The translations under genes were made by a program, and so were the position numbers. 64,000 nucleotides of DNA from Vicugna vicugna (Eukaryota): assembly GCA_013265495.1 (NCBI GenBank), contig MU058289.1, positions 1,733,451 to 1,797,450 of the forward strand, read 5' to 3'. Position 1 is the stretch's first letter, and every line of letters starts with the position of its first letter. Below, piece by piece: positions 60,781 to 64,000 of the stretch. The notes beneath the pieces were generated by a model, which saw only the letters and a program-made list of their open reading frames with translations, had not been told where the DNA came from and made no database searches.

Positions 60781-63035
60781 GTAACCACTTTAAATTATTG
60801 TTGTTTCTTCTAGTATTTGTCTCCGTATTTCTCAGTAATAAGTGGACACCACTATCCCTTGGTTTGCCAACTTTGGACAGTAATTAGGAGCTTCCTTCCT
60901 AGTGTGATAGATCGAGGTTCACTCTCTTACTCTCCTTCCTCACCAAGAGAAGCTGAAAAACAATCAGATTTCCGGGCCCCAGCACCACACCACCCACCCT
61001 GGGCACCCGGATCTTTTAAGCTCCACAGGTGATTCTAACTGGCACCCTGCCCAGAGGTCCCCAAGCCAGTGATACTTGGCCCTGAAGCTGATGTTAAAGC
61101 AATCCGATGAGCCAGACTCGGATGTTCACCAAGAAAGGCTTTGGAGTGAATTGAAACGGAACATGTCATCAGACTCTGGGGCTGATTTGTAGCTGGAATA
61201 AGGAGTAAGCCATGAGAAACACCAAAGTGTTTCTAGGATTTTTGTTGCTCATCAAGTGCTTTCTTAGGACTCTCCGCCCCTCCCAGGCAGCCACACATCC
61301 TGTGCAAGCTCTTAGTTTAAATGGACCAGTAAAGGTTTCTCTGAGAGGAGTCTGGATGCCCAGTCTGCCTTGAAAGAGCAGCTGGGTTTGCCCAAGATGG
61401 CTGCTCAGCACCAGGATCAGCCAGAGGCAGTCTACTGAGTTTGAAGAAGTCTCTCCCGGCTGGAGACTAAACAAACCCTCCCCCCCAAAACACTGGTGAT
61501 ATGTGTTTCTAACTCAGGACTCCCTGGACATCAACTCATCTCCAAGGAGTGAACTCACCTTCTCAAACAAGTCCTGTGTGTGGAGTGAGCTTTCCAGATC
61601 ACTGTGGGGGGCTTACAATAATATCTAAATATTGACGTAAAGAGTGCAGCAGCCCCCAGTCAGCTTAGTCCCCTCTTGTTGGGGAAGGTCCAGAGGCACG
61701 ACTGTGCTCTGTCTCCGTGATGCTCACAACTGCCATTAGACTTTACCGTGTTTGGGGTTAGAGAAGATGCTCAGATTGAATCTAATCCTTCAGGATTCAT
61801 TCAGTCACTTATGCATGCCAGGTGCTGAGCTGGGCTCTGAGACGGTCCCTCCCAGAGCCAGTGCACTGGGAGAGGCTTCTCAGGAAGGGCCATGGGGTTG
61901 GGGTCTCTCACAAGTGCATCAGTGCTCAGGCGAAAGCCTGTGTCTCTGTCTTTAAAGAAGACTTCAGTGCCAGACTTTGTTCCTTTAGCAAGTCATTTGC
62001 TTTGGTAACCTGAGTTACAAGACAATGAAGAGGTGGAAATGCACACATATAGTGCAGTGAAAGCAGAATTAACATAGCAACTGAAAGCCCCATGAGGCTT
62101 CTTCTTGGACGTGAGACCTCGTGGAAACCCTCATCCCCTGCTGCACACACATGGGCTTCACCCTGCTGGCTGCCCACCAGCCACCCTGCTGTCCTCCGGC
62201 CTCCTCCGGGCGGAGGGCCACACGTTGGTGCTCTAGCTCCCTAAATCTGTGACATGTCCCTTAGGGCAAAATCTTGCCCACCTCCTGTTGCCCCAGCAGT
62301 ACAGAGTCCAGACACCATGGACTCTTGGGAAGCCTCTGCTAATTGATTAGTAGTTTCTCCATACATTCAAAAATATCATCCTTTGCTTGATTCTAAAGGT
62401 AATGCATGTTGACGGCAGACAATTTGGACAATACAAAGCTGCTGAACTGCTTAGAAGTGACTGTTTCAGCTTGTTTAGGCCAAATATATACCGCCTGCCC
62501 TCCTGAAACCCACCTTCACAATGCTCTAGTTGATTTTACACTTTGATTTCTGAACTTTGGCTTCCTTACATTGTGATGGTTCTTGTAAAATTTACTTTTA
62601 ATGGACTTTTTTTGGGGGAGAGATGAGGGAAGCACTCTAAACTTTGTGGTATTCCTTTGCAGTAACACTATGCAGGTATAAAATCCTAGCAGGTTGATTT
62701 ACCCAAAGTGGGAATGCTCCCCTCCTTCCTGGTAGGGGGTCTGGGATGCTACAACACCAGGTGAGATTAAGTTGGTACACACAAGGCATATAAGTGAGCA
62801 TGACTCACACTCATGAGAATGATTCATGTTGCCCACAGTGGTACTGCTAAGCTCGGATGCAGGGGCATGCGGATGTGTGCAGACAGTTACAGGTGTCCCA
62901 GCTCCAAGAGGCGGGATGATCAGCTGAGGGCTCGCAGCAAACCATATACAAATCCGTGGCTGGTAAATCTGCTCATAAGATGCAGGCAGCACCTGTTTTT
63001 TCCTGTTGGTCTTTTGCTGGAATAGACCAAATGAT

Positions 63036-63314
63036 TTTTTTTTTTTTGCTTTCTTTCTCACTGAAGTATAGTCAGTTATAATGTGCCAATTTCTGGTTAC
63101 AGCATAATGTTTCAGTCATACATATACATACATTCGCTTTCATATTCTTTTTCGTTATAGGTTACCACAAGATATTGAACATAGTTCCCTGTGCTATACA
63201 GTATAAAATTGTTTATCTATTTTATACATAGTAGTTAGTATCTGCAAACCTCAAACTCCCAATTTATCCCTTCCCACCCCCTTTATCCCTGGTAACCGTA
63301 AGTTTGTTCTCTAT
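63036..63314 (-). mobile_element. Young L1 3' UTR fragment with 13-bp TSD
   Basis: Perfect TSD tagaccaaatgat at 63023-63035 and 63315-63327. Same family as 11657-11958. Confidence 0.92.
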
Positions 63315-64000
63315 TAGACCAAATGATCTTGAAGCCTAAATTTAACTAACGAGTCCCTTTGAAACAACTTTAATGCATGTTTATGTTTCCAAATTTGGTG
63401 ATTTTGGGGGTCTACTCTGAAAAGAAATTGTTTGATGTTTTCTTAAGGGTGAGGACATAGTCATCATTCTAAATGTATCTGTTGAGCACTTCCCAAGTGC
63501 CAGGTTGTCTAACAGACACAGAAGGATTCAATCTTATCTTTGAGGTGCTCCCACGTTCTGGTGGGAGACTGAAGGTGAGCACCACCCCTGCAGGGGGATG
63601 TGAGCTGGGACAGGGTCGGTCCACCAGGAAAGCAGGAGTTAGTCAGACAGGGAGCATACTGGGGCAGGGGCAGGGTGGCCAGAGGAGTATTTCCAGCAAA
63701 GGAGGGAGATCAGGTGATGCCTGCGGCCAGACAGAAGCATGTACCGCAGCTGCTGGGTGGAGGTTGAAAGGGAGCGGCTCAAAGACTTCTTGGGGTGGCC
63801 TGCGGTATGTTACATTTTCTTTTGAAATTAGCTGCCAAAATCTAAATACTGAGAGGCTTCACATTCAAAACCAAACCAAGCCAAACCTGGATTCTGGGGT
63901 TTTCTAAAAAATCTGGCGTCTGCATTCCCACCTGACAGCAGTCCTGGCCCCCAAGGCATCTGAGCCTGGAGCTGTGGTGTGATGAGTAGCGGGGTGAGGG

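Noticed and set aside
52600..63907. Many 60-144 aa ORFs in the GC-richer right-hand part
   Set aside because: No recognisable domains, overlapping on both strands, and no consistent exon structure. This is expected by chance at higher GC.
1..64000. A previously undescribed multi-gene system
   Set aside because: No non-transposon long ORFs, operon-like structure, arrays or RNA genes were found. The evidence supports only repeat-rich intronic or intergenic mammalian DNA with small structural oddities.

Overview
This is mammalian nuclear DNA, very probably camelid (alpaca/llama/camel). That call rests on seven copies of a tRNA-derived SINE I recognise from memory as Vic-1-like. The window looks like the inside of a long intron or gene-poor region and is dominated by transposon relics: old L1M fragments, L2, MIR, MaLR/ERVL solo LTRs, Tigger/MER5 DNA-transposon remnants, and younger lineage-specific L1s and SINEs with clear target-site duplications (TSDs). 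The only long real ORF is an uninterrupted, 5'-truncated L1 ORF2 (reverse transcriptase plus C-terminal domain, minus strand, 43778-46408). It is nested in an older near-full-length L1 at almost exactly the homologous position. Retroelements lie mostly on the minus strand, and two good plus-strand small-exon candidates exist (5652-5708, 57 nt; 50394-50417, 24 nt). Together these suggest an unidentified plus-strand host gene, which I cannot name. I found no convincing new multi-gene system. The best oddities are small structural ones: two ~110-135 bp locally templated duplications, each pasted about 1 kb downstream into an L1 (one carries a CTCF-like motif); the homology-positioned L1-in-L1 insertion; a tail-only retro-insertion that became a microsatellite; and AG|GT recursive-splice-like sites. 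Repeat family names come from remembered consensus features, not a database search, and boundaries of old elements are approximate.
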